This document shows positions 9,070 through 17,881 of a stretch of 64,000 nt of DNA, one piece after another. The translations under genes and the position numbers were made by a program. Position 1 is the first letter of the stretch, and each line of letters opens with the position of its first letter. Source of the stretch: a virus (taxonomy: Duplodnaviria > Caudoviricetes); the IMG/VR virus record IMGVR_UViG_3300021256_000013, positions 1,183 through 65,182 of that record; one strand, written 5' to 3'. The notes below the pieces were generated by a model. That model searched no databases and was not told the origin of the DNA. It saw only the letters and a program-made list of their open reading frames with translations.

Positions 9070-9380
9070 CCTTTTTCTGCAGCGACTCTCTGCCATGTCC
9101 GGTCAACCTTCATTTCCATGATCTTAGACAATTCAGCATCCGTGATGCTCATGAGGTGCATTATCTGATTGAGCATCACAATCACGTCGCCAGCTTCCTC
9201 TATCAGGTTACGCCGAACCTTTACCCGCTCAAAGACAGTGCTGGTCTTTTTGTATACGCGAATCACTTTGTTGGCCGCTGTTATCAGTTCACCACATTCT
9301 TCCATCAGTTGCCGAAGCTGTGACTCCGGACCGAGCGCTTTCGCAATACTGATATTCATCTGTTTATGCTCTGTGTCCAT
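9024..9380 (-). CDS. MazG-like nucleotide pyrophosphohydrolase
   Basis: QLRQLMEECGELITAANK...NLIEEAGDVIVMLNQI (EExxE...ExxD). Confidence 0.75.
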   Translation of the reverse strand: MDTEHKQMNISIAKALGPESQLRQLMEECGELITAANKVIRVYKKTSTVFERVKVRRNLIEEAGDVIVMLNQIMHLMSITDAELSKIMEMKVDRTWQRVAAEKGWEPCGSDAKDAEKG

Positions 9381-9381
9381 C

Positions 9382-9588
9382 TCAACCCCATTTCTTCCTT
9401 CCGCGTCTTGATTTTTTCTCTTCCATTTCCGCTTCCTTTTTCCTAAAGCAGGTCCATGAACACATGATATACTGCTTTCCGAACCATACCCTTGCATAAG
9501 CCCATGTATCAACGTAATAGCAGTGGAATACTTTCCCACATACCGGGCATGTAATCTCACCTACCGGTTTTGATGGCATCCTGCTCAC
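9382..9588 (-). CDS. Hypothetical Zn-binding protein
   Basis: CPVCGK...CSWTC. Confidence 0.55.
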   Translation of the reverse strand: MSRMPSKPVGEITCPVCGKVFHCYYVDTWAYARVWFGKQYIMCSWTCFRKKEAEMEEKKSRRGRKKWG

Positions 9589-10289
9589 CTCTCATAAACA
9601 ATCTCAAGCGGCTCAATCACATTTGGCAATGTCATGCCCATATGCATTCCATATAACTCAATGAAGCACCACAGCTGAAATTCCGTATATCCGTTTTCAT
9701 CTTCTCTCGGGAACCTTGGTTTGCATATCTCTCTTCCTGCGATCTGGTTTGTCCTGTCGTATTGGTGGTAATAGATTTCCTTGCCCCAGTCGGTCAGTTT
9801 AACCTTTATCAGTTCGTTGAGATTAATTCGGATAGGTTCTGGCTGTGCGGATGGCAAATGCTCTATGTCCGTTACATTAATAGTCTCCTCGACAACTTCA
9901 TATGTGCGGAGACTTCGCACTTTATTTCTCGGTAGCGCAAGCACCATTTTTCTGCTGATTAAATCGCACGAGTGCGTTTCCGTGCATTTTTCGGGCTGCG
10001 CGGTAAACACCTTTTTGCATTTGTCCATCTGGTCGCAATCTATCATTCCGCAGGCATTACATATTTTGTAATTTGCCGCCTGACGGCTGATTAACTCTCC
10101 AAAATTGTTGTCGAGTTCTGACGAGTTGTTGGAGACTTTCTGTGCCTTCTCCTGCGCTTCCAGTGCGTTGATTGCCATTTCTATAGCTTCTACGCCACTA
10201 TAGTCTGACCCTCGTGCCACCCTGAGATTTTCGAGTTCATAGTGCAAGCAGTCTAACATATCCTCCCTTGTCATCCCTCGCCCTCCCAA
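9585..10289 (-). CDS. Hypothetical phage protein
   Basis: Long ORF coupled to its neighbours in the early operon. Confidence 0.6.
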   Translation of the reverse strand: MGGRGMTREDMLDCLHYELENLRVARGSDYSGVEAIEMAINALEAQEKAQKVSNNSSELDNNFGELISRQAANYKICNACGMIDCDQMDKCKKVFTAQPEKCTETHSCDLISRKMVLALPRNKVRSLRTYEVVEETINVTDIEHLPSAQPEPIRINLNELIKVKLTDWGKEIYYHQYDRTNQIAGREICKPRFPREDENGYTEFQLWCFIELYGMHMGMTLPNVIEPLEIVYER

Positions 10290-10516
10290 TCAATCGCCTG
10301 ACCGCACTCAGGGCAATTGTTATATTTATCAATTAACGGAAATCTAATATACTTTCCGCATTTCGTACATTTTACAAATCCATTTTCAATGATTATCGGT
10401 GTAGGTATCTGCTTCCGCATCGCATCCACCGCAATCTCAGCCGCCCACGGATCAACATCCAGTGAAGATTGGATGTGTCGGATCGCGCACTCAATGCGGT
10501 CTTTCTGTTCAGACAT
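10271..10516 (-). CDS. Hypothetical protein with C-terminal Zn-ribbon
   Basis: KCTKCG...CPECGQAIDW. Confidence 0.6.
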   Translation of the reverse strand: MSEQKDRIECAIRHIQSSLDVDPWAAEIAVDAMRKQIPTPIIIENGFVKCTKCGKYIRFPLIDKYNNCPECGQAIDWEGEG

Positions 10517-10676
10517 CCTCATCCGCCTCCATATCTGCCATTGCTCTCCTGTAACCTGCTTCATAACCATCAGAGAAACCTTTTGTCATGCCTTCCTTGT
10601 AGATCTCACCAAGGCTTTTATTCTCCGGGTTCTTGTATTCTCCGGTCGCTGGGTTATATGTGTTTTTCTGCTTCAT
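10509..10676 (-). CDS. 55-aa hypothetical protein, below the ORF track cutoff
   Basis: MKQKNTYNPATGEYKNPENKSLGEIYKEGMTKGFSDGYEAGYRRAMADMEADEDV fills the gap and overlaps both neighbours. Confidence 0.5.
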   Translation of the reverse strand: MKQKNTYNPATGEYKNPENKSLGEIYKEGMTKGFSDGYEAGYRRAMADMEADEDV

Positions 10677-10878
10677 CCGCTTTCCTCCAATAATCCTTGC
10701 AGCTCCTCTTACACTTCCGACATGGAAGTTCCCACTCTACAACAGACTCATAGGCGCATCCGGCACAACCGTCCGCCAGATAAGCATCAAGCACCTTCCG
10801 AAGTTCAGCAATCGCCCACGGATCGACGTCTGTAGCTGACCGGATATGGTCATACATCATGATCGCTTTATCTTTCAT
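10654..10878 (-). CDS. Hypothetical protein
   Basis: CAGCAY...PCRKCKRSCKDYW. Shares DVDPWA with the neighbouring ORF. Confidence 0.55.
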   Translation of the reverse strand: MKDKAIMMYDHIRSATDVDPWAIAELRKVLDAYLADGCAGCAYESVVEWELPCRKCKRSCKDYWRKADEAEKHI

Positions 10879-10915
10879 TGGGTACCCTCCTTCTCTTTCG
10901 CCCATCTTCATACGC

Positions 10916-11482
10916 TCACCTCACAAGCATATGCTCTATTTCATCGTTAATAGCCCCAGTGCATTTCCACAGTTCCTTTCTTTGTATTTGCGGACATTCA
11001 TATTCTCTCATTGACAGTACCAAACAACCATCATAATCAGGATTCAACACATAAGCGATATCCCCATCCTTGTTCTCCACTTCTGCCCCTACACAAAATT
11101 CCTTTTCTCTTTTTTTCTGACAATATTCATCATATTCCTTCTTTGCTTCTTCATATGTCATTTCCAAGGCAACGTCCATGCCTTTGCCGCCGTTCATGGA
11201 CAAATAAATATTCCCAACAATATCCTGATCAATTCCATTGAGATGTCTGGCAAAATCCCACGCATCCGATGTGCCTTGCTTGTAAGAATGCTTGCATTCC
11301 TTAATGATGATTTTATGTGCATCATCAAAGCCTCTCTGGTATTCTCCACCTTCTGTATATGGAGTCAACTTCCCTATCAGGTGATCGCTTGCTGACCACC
11401 ACGGTGCATCAACACATGTGTAATATGCCAGCCCTTCCTCTAACAATTCCGGCTCATCCTTGAATTCTATGATGTATTTCAT
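10916..11482 (-). CDS. Hypothetical phage protein
   Basis: 188-aa ORF in a lower-GC stretch, translationally coupled. Confidence 0.6.
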   Translation of the reverse strand: MKYIIEFKDEPELLEEGLAYYTCVDAPWWSASDHLIGKLTPYTEGGEYQRGFDDAHKIIIKECKHSYKQGTSDAWDFARHLNGIDQDIVGNIYLSMNGGKGMDVALEMTYEEAKKEYDEYCQKKREKEFCVGAEVENKDGDIAYVLNPDYDGCLVLSMREYECPQIQRKELWKCTGAINDEIEHMLVR

Positions 11483-11787
11483 GCGTCCTCCTTCTCCTCC
11501 GCTTCGATCACTGCGTTCATTTCTTGTATTGAATGATATAAATCATTCCATGTCGGCCTTTGTTGCTGTGTTAAAAGCCAATTCATTACAATTCGGACTT
11601 CGTTTTCATCAATTAATCTTCCGTGCTTGTCGGGGAGTGCAGATATGGGGCAATCCGAAAGCCTTTCCCTATACTCATAATCTCTATCAATCTCGCTTCT
11701 AGTTCTCTTACAATACAACGAAGACACATTAAAATCGCATTTTCCACAACTCTCAGGCATCTTCATGTCTTTTATGTATACTCCCAT
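11479..11787 (-). CDS. Hypothetical phage protein
   Basis: MGVYIKDMKMPESCGKC...CPISALPDKHGRLID. Confidence 0.6.
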   Translation of the reverse strand: MGVYIKDMKMPESCGKCDFNVSSLYCKRTRSEIDRDYEYRERLSDCPISALPDKHGRLIDENEVRIVMNWLLTQQQRPTWNDLYHSIQEMNAVIEAEEKEDA

Positions 11788-11798
11788 CGCTCGCCCTC

Positions 11799-12125
11799 CT
11801 ATATGGTGATATAAACCACGATGCACTTTACCCATGGGACCGATTTATACAGCTTATCCCACTCATCATCAGAAAGATCATAGATATCTCTTCCATGTGG
11901 GTCATGGCTATATTCACACCCTACCAGATCATTCAATACATTTTCTTCATCATCATCCTTAAAGTGTATTCTCTCCCTCCCTGCGTAATACTCCGTGACC
12001 TCACATATTCCCCATTTGCCCAGCCAGTATCCGCAGTCATCTGCTACGACCTCACTATCTACCATTGGCACGATAGGCAGATCCGGATTCTCTTCGATCA
12101 ACTTTATAATTTTTGGTTTCATCAC
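11799..12125 (-). CDS. Hypothetical phage protein
   Basis: LIEENPDLPIVPMVDSEVV...PWVKCIVVYI. Confidence 0.65.
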   Translation of the reverse strand: MMKPKIIKLIEENPDLPIVPMVDSEVVADDCGYWLGKWGICEVTEYYAGRERIHFKDDDEENVLNDLVGCEYSHDPHGRDIYDLSDDEWDKLYKSVPWVKCIVVYITI

Positions 12126-12369
12126 TTGCTCTCCCTCACGACTCTGTTCTCAAACTTCTTGTAAGCGTCCAGATACCATTCCTTCTTGTCACCGTTATAT
12201 GTGAGCTCGTAGTACATACCGTCGCTAAGTGTAGACGAGATCAGGAATTTCCAGTTCTGCAGTGTCTTGCACATCCACACCAATACACCTCATATGCTGG
12301 CGCCGGATCGCTCTTATCCAGGTGTTCGTTGATGTAGTCGCATACAATCTTCATCGCTCTTTCTTTCAT
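12122..12369 (-). pseudogene. DUF6275-like gene with a 1-nt frameshift (or a sequencing error)
   Basis: Frame 1 MKERAMKIVCDYINEHLDKSDPAPAYEVY continues in another frame as VWMCKTLQNWKFLISSTLSDGMYYELTYNGDKKEWYLDAYKKFENRV. Span is 248 nt, one short of 83 codons. Break near 12282. Confidence 0.75.
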
Positions 12370-12379
12370 GGTTATCTCC

Positions 12380-12916
12380 TTATGAATATCCAAAATACTG
12401 TCCCCACGGAGACCAGAAGCCACCGATCCCTTGTACGCTGCGGCTCTGCCATACATAGCACTCGTCCAGCATTGTTTCTCCTGTCCGGTACCACTTGTCG
12501 AGCAGTTCTTCGGCATCCCGCCAGGCTTCTTCCGTGGGTTCCCAATAGTCGCTGCTTGTCCAGACTCCGTCCACCATCATGTAGAATTTGCCATCCGAAT
12601 ACGTGGCATACTGGTCGGGCTGTTCCACCACCTCTTTTATGGTGTTCGGAAAATCCGGTGAATCAACTCTGTTGAGCGGCACGGATCCCGTCCACTGACG
12701 TTCCTGTTTATCTGTGTTCCCCGCCTCTGCCATAATCAGATTTGCTATATACCAGTCATCAGATCCATAGGATCGATCCCAGTGCCATTCGGTTTCGGTT
12801 TCCGTTTCCTTTGCTGCCAGCTCCTGATAAACCGTAACAGTATCATCTTCGTGAACCATGCCATCAGGGCCGATGCCTGCGAGAGTGATGGAAGCGGAGA
12901 GAAGCAATGCTATCAT
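12380..12916 (-). CDS. SleB-like cell wall hydrolase (Hydrolase_2) with N-terminal signal/anchor
   Basis: IANLIMAEAG...VPLNRVDSPDFPNTIKEVVEQPDQY. Confidence 0.82.
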   Translation of the reverse strand: MIALLLSASITLAGIGPDGMVHEDDTVTVYQELAAKETETETEWHWDRSYGSDDWYIANLIMAEAGNTDKQERQWTGSVPLNRVDSPDFPNTIKEVVEQPDQYATYSDGKFYMMVDGVWTSSDYWEPTEEAWRDAEELLDKWYRTGETMLDECYVWQSRSVQGIGGFWSPWGQYFGYS

Positions 12917-13170
12917 TTCGTCACCTCTTTTATTGAGAAAACAACGTACCCGGGTTCCAGCCCCCAGCCGGAGAGAAGATAAGTAATGCACCATTTCTGG
13001 TGGTTGATCTTGTGCCCAATCGGCTGGCCGGTTTTGTTATCAACCGCCTGGAACTGGATGATGTCTCCTTTCTGATAATTCCTGTCGTTGTTCCTGATCT
13101 CGAAAGTCTTCCTGTGAGCAATAACCTCATCAGCAAATTTCTTCCGGATCTTTATGTTATGCGTCTTCAT
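12913..13170 (-). CDS. DUF3850/ASCH domain protein
   Basis: HNIKIRKKFADEVIAHRKTFEIRNNDRNYQKGDIIQF...GLEPGYVVFSI. Confidence 0.85.
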   Translation of the reverse strand: MKTHNIKIRKKFADEVIAHRKTFEIRNNDRNYQKGDIIQFQAVDNKTGQPIGHKINHQKWCITYLLSGWGLEPGYVVFSIKEVTK

Positions 13171-13172
13171 TT

Positions 13173-13418
13173 TTACCTCCTGCGATGCTGATCGGCGAAA
13201 GGGCAGGTCGCGAAATGGCTGTTATATCCAGTGCTCACATCCTTTTCTCCTGGTTTCGCAGTGATTCCGCGAACAACTGCGCCGCCTTTTGTGACGAATA
13301 TTTCCCTACCGGCAGGATCCTGATGGAACTGCACAGGATCTGCGTCAACCGGCATCTTTTTTCCTGTGGTAGTTGTTATCCACATGATCTCAGCGCCGCA
13401 TGATTTACATCTGCTCAT
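13173..13418 (-). CDS. Hypothetical phage protein
   Basis: CKSCGAEIMWITTTTGKKMPVDADP...SHFATCP. Confidence 0.7.
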   Translation of the reverse strand: MSRCKSCGAEIMWITTTTGKKMPVDADPVQFHQDPAGREIFVTKGGAVVRGITAKPGEKDVSTGYNSHFATCPFADQHRRR

Positions 13419-13821
13419 TCATTACCTCCTTAAAGTCTTTCCAGTGCTTATAGGCTCCGCTGCTAAGACAGCTCATCGCATATTCATGAACGTCCTGATC
13501 GGTATGGAGCCAAGCGCAATGCAGCCGACAGTGCGTCTCAATCTGAAACAGGAGAGTGTTCTTGTCCTCTTCGCGGATGGCCTCTTCCATCAAACGACAC
13601 CATTCGTCTTTATCGAGCTTTCCGCGACGAGTTGGAATATATTCTTTCCCGATAGTCTCTTGTTTCCTGGTGCCGTTTCTGTTAAGTATCCAGTTTCCGG
13701 TTGGCTCCTGCCTGTATTCCCTGGCTGCTGTCTGCCTCAGATCTTCAAGAGTGTACTTTTGGGATATTTCGTATTCACCCATCATGATCCTCCTCCCATG
13801 CGACTCCATAGAATTCATCAA
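13405..13821 (-). CDS. Hypothetical protein
   Basis: Co-oriented coupled ORF. Confidence 0.55.
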   Translation of the reverse strand: MMNSMESHGRRIMMGEYEISQKYTLEDLRQTAAREYRQEPTGNWILNRNGTRKQETIGKEYIPTRRGKLDKDEWCRLMEEAIREEDKNTLLFQIETHCRLHCAWLHTDQDVHEYAMSCLSSGAYKHWKDFKEVMNEQM

Positions 13822-14230
13822 GCAGTTCGTCTGGCGTTCTGGCCCCTTCTTCGTAATTACGCCTGACCCGATTTTCTATCATCTCCACTGAATCATTCAG
13901 CCCAATGCTGGAATATATGCTCTGATAGCAGCCATTGTGCATTCTTGGTGGTGGGAACGCAGGCAGGAAGATTCCGAGGCTGTGGCCAAATTGCCATTTA
14001 TTATCCATCTCCCGGATGAATCTGTTCACTACCCACTGAGGACGGTCAATCTTCCCGTCTTCATACGCTTTAAGCTGTGCAAGCCTTTTATCTATCTCGT
14101 CTGCGGATAGCCTACAGTTATCATCAAACATATCGTTCCCGAGTATGAGGCAGCCGCAGGAATTGCACTCACCTTCGTAGTCCCTGTCTTCCCATCCCGC
14201 AGGGCAATTTTCACACTTCATCAGCGTCAT
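13775..14230 (-). CDS. Cys-rich hypothetical protein
   Basis: MKCENCPAGWEDRDYEGECNSCGC. Confidence 0.55.
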   Translation of the reverse strand: MTLMKCENCPAGWEDRDYEGECNSCGCLILGNDMFDDNCRLSADEIDKRLAQLKAYEDGKIDRPQWVVNRFIREMDNKWQFGHSLGIFLPAFPPPRMHNGCYQSIYSSIGLNDSVEMIENRVRRNYEEGARTPDELLDEFYGVAWEEDHDG

Positions 14231-14762
14231 CCTCCCATCGCGATATCCACTTCGCCACTTCAGGCTCAACATATTTGTGGAAATATTCAGCCCATCTTTT
14301 CTGCCACGGCGTATATGATTTCCTGATGCATTCCCAGGCATCGCCGTAATCGAATTCCGTATCGTGGAAGACTCTGTCTATATCGAAGACGGAGGAACAA
14401 TAACTCAGCTCATCAAGGAAGTTCCGGCAGTCTTCTTTATCCGATTCGTTTTCCCATTCATCGATATCGCTGAAATAATCGTTTATATCTTCCACGATGC
14501 TGTCGGCGTCATATTCCTTTTGATCGTGACAGCACTTTTCCATCACATAGCTGTCGCCGACAGATGACATTAGCTTCAGGAACCGTTTCCCATTTTCCGG
14601 CCATCGATGAGCATAATGCCCAATGTCAGAATCGCTCAGCAGCTGGCCGTGCTCCGGATCCAGATAGACGCGCATCCATAAGCAAGCGCCGGCATCATCG
14701 CCTTTCTCCGGCAGAACATCTATGACAAGTATTCCGTCATGGTTTTTTGATGATACTTTCAT
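14211..14762 (-). CDS. Hypothetical protein
   Basis: 183-aa coupled ORF. Confidence 0.6.
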   Translation of the reverse strand: MKVSSKNHDGILVIDVLPEKGDDAGACLWMRVYLDPEHGQLLSDSDIGHYAHRWPENGKRFLKLMSSVGDSYVMEKCCHDQKEYDADSIVEDINDYFSDIDEWENESDKEDCRNFLDELSYCSSVFDIDRVFHDTEFDYGDAWECIRKSYTPWQKRWAEYFHKYVEPEVAKWISRWEDDADEV

Positions 14763-15058
14763 GCCTTGACCTCCTCATCTATGATGAATGCATCGGCGCA
14801 GAGCAGATCCCTAATGACGCCGATCAGGATATAGGTCCATGTTTTTCCCGTATCTGTCCTTTCCGTGACGAAGTACGGCCTCAGGTCCTTGAAGTATCCG
14901 TAATCGATCATGCGGCTCATGTGCCATTTCTGCGTATCGACATCCTTCTGTGCCATGAGATAGTCATATTCGAATCGGCTGAGATGCACTGGTTTTGTGA
15001 TCGGGATCTTCGTCACGTCTCCGTGGAAAAAGATCTTCGCATAATATCCTTCTTTCAT
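14759..15058 (-). CDS. Hypothetical protein
   Basis: Coupled ORF with RBS. Confidence 0.55.
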   Translation of the reverse strand: MKEGYYAKIFFHGDVTKIPITKPVHLSRFEYDYLMAQKDVDTQKWHMSRMIDYGYFKDLRPYFVTERTDTGKTWTYILIGVIRDLLCADAFIIDEEVKA

Positions 15059-15104
15059 TTGCTGATAGCTCCTTTCTGTTCTGATCAGATTCGCTCCTCA
15101 CCCG

Positions 15105-15317
15105 TCATGAGGGATTGCTTTCAAGTTCAATTTCTGCTGTATCCATGTTCAGGAACAGGTTCACGGATTTTCCAATAGAGTCTTGCTGCACACATGTCTT
15201 CAAAGTAGAAACCAATTCTTCATTCTTGAGATCGATTGAGAACCTCTGGCGGCCATTTTTCAATCTTTCTCCATTCAACAGCATTTCTATCTGTGATTTT
15301 GTAAGTCTTGCTCTCAT
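15105..15317 (-). CDS. Hypothetical protein
   Basis: Co-oriented 70-aa ORF. Confidence 0.45.
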   Translation of the reverse strand: MRARLTKSQIEMLLNGERLKNGRQRFSIDLKNEELVSTLKTCVQQDSIGKSVNLFLNMDTAEIELESNPS

Positions 15318-15434
15318 TGTTGTTCCTCATCCTTCTGATCATCCGGACAATCGCCCATTTCTTTGTTCCACAATCCTTTGAAATACCACCCGGCTGCATA
15401 GCCAACCGCAAGGAGAGAGAAGAGTGCTGCAAAT

Positions 15435-15680
15435 TCATATAACGTTATCCTCATTTTTCTGCTCCTTTCGTTTTTTCTCGTTGTTCCTTGCATCTATCGC
15501 TTCCCATCTCGGACAGTGGGAGAAGTTACTGGAATCCACATACCGGAACGCAGAGTTGCGGTATTTCATCGGAATATTGTTCGGGTGGTGTTCGCAGTCG
15601 TAATACCTGCACGCAAAGCCGTTGCACCACCTCATGCTGTTCAATTTGTTTGTGTATGCCTGTCCCTTTTTCTTCCCCAT
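15435..15680 (-). CDS. Hypothetical Cys/His-rich protein
   Basis: WCNGFACRYYDCEHHP, good RBS. Confidence 0.5.
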   Translation of the reverse strand: MGKKKGQAYTNKLNSMRWCNGFACRYYDCEHHPNNIPMKYRNSAFRYVDSSNFSHCPRWEAIDARNNEKKRKEQKNEDNVI

Positions 15681-15685
15681 ATTTA

Positions 15686-15901
15686 TTACTTAATGTCCTC
15701 CTGATCCGTAGAGACTCCTCCTCGCGTGTTCCATGCCCTGCATGCCGCACCAGGCGACTCATAGTGGAAAGATTCCCCTCCGACCGATGCACCGCAGAAT
15801 GTGCAGACCACTTTCCATGATGGCGGCGTGATCCGTTCGTCTCTCGCCAGAGTTGCAACCTCACCACAGAAAGGGCAGTTAAGTAGTTTTGGATAATCCA
15901 T
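15686..15901 (-). CDS. Lar family restriction alleviation protein
   Basis: LLNCPFCG...VVCTFCGA...AACRAWNTR. Confidence 0.78.
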   Translation of the reverse strand: MDYPKLLNCPFCGEVATLARDERITPPSWKVVCTFCGASVGGESFHYESPGAACRAWNTRGGVSTDQEDIK

Positions 15902-15980
15902 TCCCCCTCCTTTCCGGGAGCGGAAGACCACCATCCGCTCCCTTTTATGAAGCGCCATTTGTGTGATGTATCGGCGGCGC

Positions 15981-17051
15981 TTAGATGTTCACTGGCAACA
16001 CGATCATTTTTAATGCCGAGTCTTCTTCCGAGATATAAACCGGAGCCCTCGGACCCATCAGCTTCAGTGTGATGATGTCTCCTGAATATCCTTTGAGCGC
16101 TTCCAGAAGCATTTTGGGATTCAGACCGATTTTCAGTTCTCCGGTAAAGTCTGTGTCCGCTTCCAGGATCTCGTGATATCCGCTCGTGCTTGCCACCAGT
16201 GTCATGTCAATGGTCTGGCCGTTGAGTTGTACGACCAGTGCGTGTTTCGTTTCATCCGAATTACACAGGTTCGCTCGGGTGAGTGCTGCGATCAAATCCA
16301 TTCTGTCAATGCGGAGCGCATGCAGCTGGTCGTCCGGTGCGAATAACTGATCTGTGTTGATGTACTTCCCGTCGATCAGCCTTGAATAGATCGTGTAGGC
16401 GGTTGTTTCAAAGACTGCACTTCTCCCATCGTGGGTAAGGGTGATGTTGTCATCCATATCCATGCTGATCAGTTTCCTGACTGTGTTCTTCGGTATGATC
16501 AGGTCCATATCGCTAACCCCGTCAGCGATAACCTCGTCGATCGCAACCATGTGGCCGTCAGTAGCCGTGATCTTGATGACCCCGCCTGTCGCACGGAGAT
16601 TGACACCTGTCAGTTCCCGCCTTGTCGATGTGTCATCTGAAGCGAACACCACCTTCGATAGTGCCTCCATCAGTTTCCCTCCAGGCAGTATGACTCCATC
16701 CGCATCAGGCCTCTCACGCCTGAGCGTGAAATCTAATACCTTGTAACTGCTGAACCGGCTGGTTGTCTTCCCGGCCTTGATGACTACTGTCAGGTCATTA
16801 TCCTGCTCAATATCAAGCTCACCTTCCGGTAGGTTCCGAACCATGTCGAATGCCCTCATAGGCAACAGGAGAGAAGTGCCGCCAGAAGCCTCTAATTTGA
16901 CCTCTAACGTAATCTCCGTATTTGATGCAATAGCTCTTTGTCCGTCAATTAAAAGCGCCGAGAGCGCCGGGATGGACGCGTTCTTCTGAACAATTCCTTT
17001 CGCTTTGTCGATTGCCCTCATCAATTCGTATCGGTTAATCTTCATAGTCAT
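15981..17051 (-). CDS. dnaN: DNA polymerase III beta sliding clamp homologue
   Basis: 356 aa. ELTGVNL...ITATDGHMVA, IYSRLIDGKY, IGLNPKMLLEAL, MIVLPV C-terminus. Confidence 0.9.
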   Translation of the reverse strand: MTMKINRYELMRAIDKAKGIVQKNASIPALSALLIDGQRAIASNTEITLEVKLEASGGTSLLLPMRAFDMVRNLPEGELDIEQDNDLTVVIKAGKTTSRFSSYKVLDFTLRRERPDADGVILPGGKLMEALSKVVFASDDTSTRRELTGVNLRATGGVIKITATDGHMVAIDEVIADGVSDMDLIIPKNTVRKLISMDMDDNITLTHDGRSAVFETTAYTIYSRLIDGKYINTDQLFAPDDQLHALRIDRMDLIAALTRANLCNSDETKHALVVQLNGQTIDMTLVASTSGYHEILEADTDFTGELKIGLNPKMLLEALKGYSGDIITLKLMGPRAPVYISEEDSALKMIVLPVNI

Positions 17052-17574
17052 TTCCTCTCAGCTCCACTCCGTCAAGGAAGCGGAGGATCCCGTTCTTAAA
17101 AGTTATCTGGTAACGGAAGAGGTCTTTTCTGTCCATGTATTTGTGGTCATAGATCTTTTTCATATCCCGGAAAATCACCCATGGAACACGGTAAAAGTCC
17201 CTGAATCCGAGGGAGATTATCAGAAAGCAGAAAGCACCCATTTTTGTGTATCTTTCAAAGCATTCTTCCTGTTCGTCAGTGACGGCGCTTCTCCGGATCT
17301 GACCTGCATCCGTGTGCTTCGCATCGAACAGGACCATGGTCGCGTCCTGAAGCGCTCCCTTGAAATCGGGCTGTGCCTGTTTTGCAAAGCATGCTATGAA
17401 CTGACCCTTCTTCCGGTCATAAGGCTTGAGGATCCGCATCGGCTCTGGCGTCTTGTCGATCGCACAGATCCCCCTGTTTTCGTAGAACCTGCATGCGTCC
17501 TCGATCATGGCCTCGAAGTATGCCCCGTCCGAGCGGGACTGTTTACCTTGCAGTGACCGGCTGTATGAATCCAT
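17035..17574 (-). CDS. recU: RecU-like Holliday junction resolvase
   Basis: GAYFEAMI...IDKTPEP...QPDFKG...LFDAKHT. Confidence 0.85.
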   Translation of the reverse strand: MDSYSRSLQGKQSRSDGAYFEAMIEDACRFYENRGICAIDKTPEPMRILKPYDRKKGQFIACFAKQAQPDFKGALQDATMVLFDAKHTDAGQIRRSAVTDEQEECFERYTKMGAFCFLIISLGFRDFYRVPWVIFRDMKKIYDHKYMDRKDLFRYQITFKNGILRFLDGVELRGNDYED

Positions 17575-17881
17575 ATCTTTTTGCCACCTCCAAAAGCTTG
17601 CTGATGGTAACCGCTCCAATCCCGGGGATTTTCTCTTTCTTCAGGACGTCTATGAAATCCTGGGCGGTTGGTTCTTTCTTTGCATGGACGTTCCTGTCGC
17701 ATGACTCGCATATCGCTTTGCCTGCGTCCTTTGCATCATCCGAGGCTTCTTCATAAGCCTTCTTCCGGATCTCCTCCATGTACTCCGTTATCTGCATGTC
17801 CGTCATCTTCCTGATCCGAACTGCTACAGCATGAGCCGCATTTTCCTCATTTGTTCTCCGGCAGCTTCTTTTCTTTGCCAT
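17543..17881 (-). CDS. Hypothetical protein
   Basis: CRRTNEENAAHAVAVRIRKMTDMQI...IPGIGAVTISKL. Confidence 0.65.
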   Translation of the reverse strand: MAKKRSCRRTNEENAAHAVAVRIRKMTDMQITEYMEEIRKKAYEEASDDAKDAGKAICESCDRNVHAKKEPTAQDFIDVLKKEKIPGIGAVTISKLLEVAKRYGFIQPVTAR

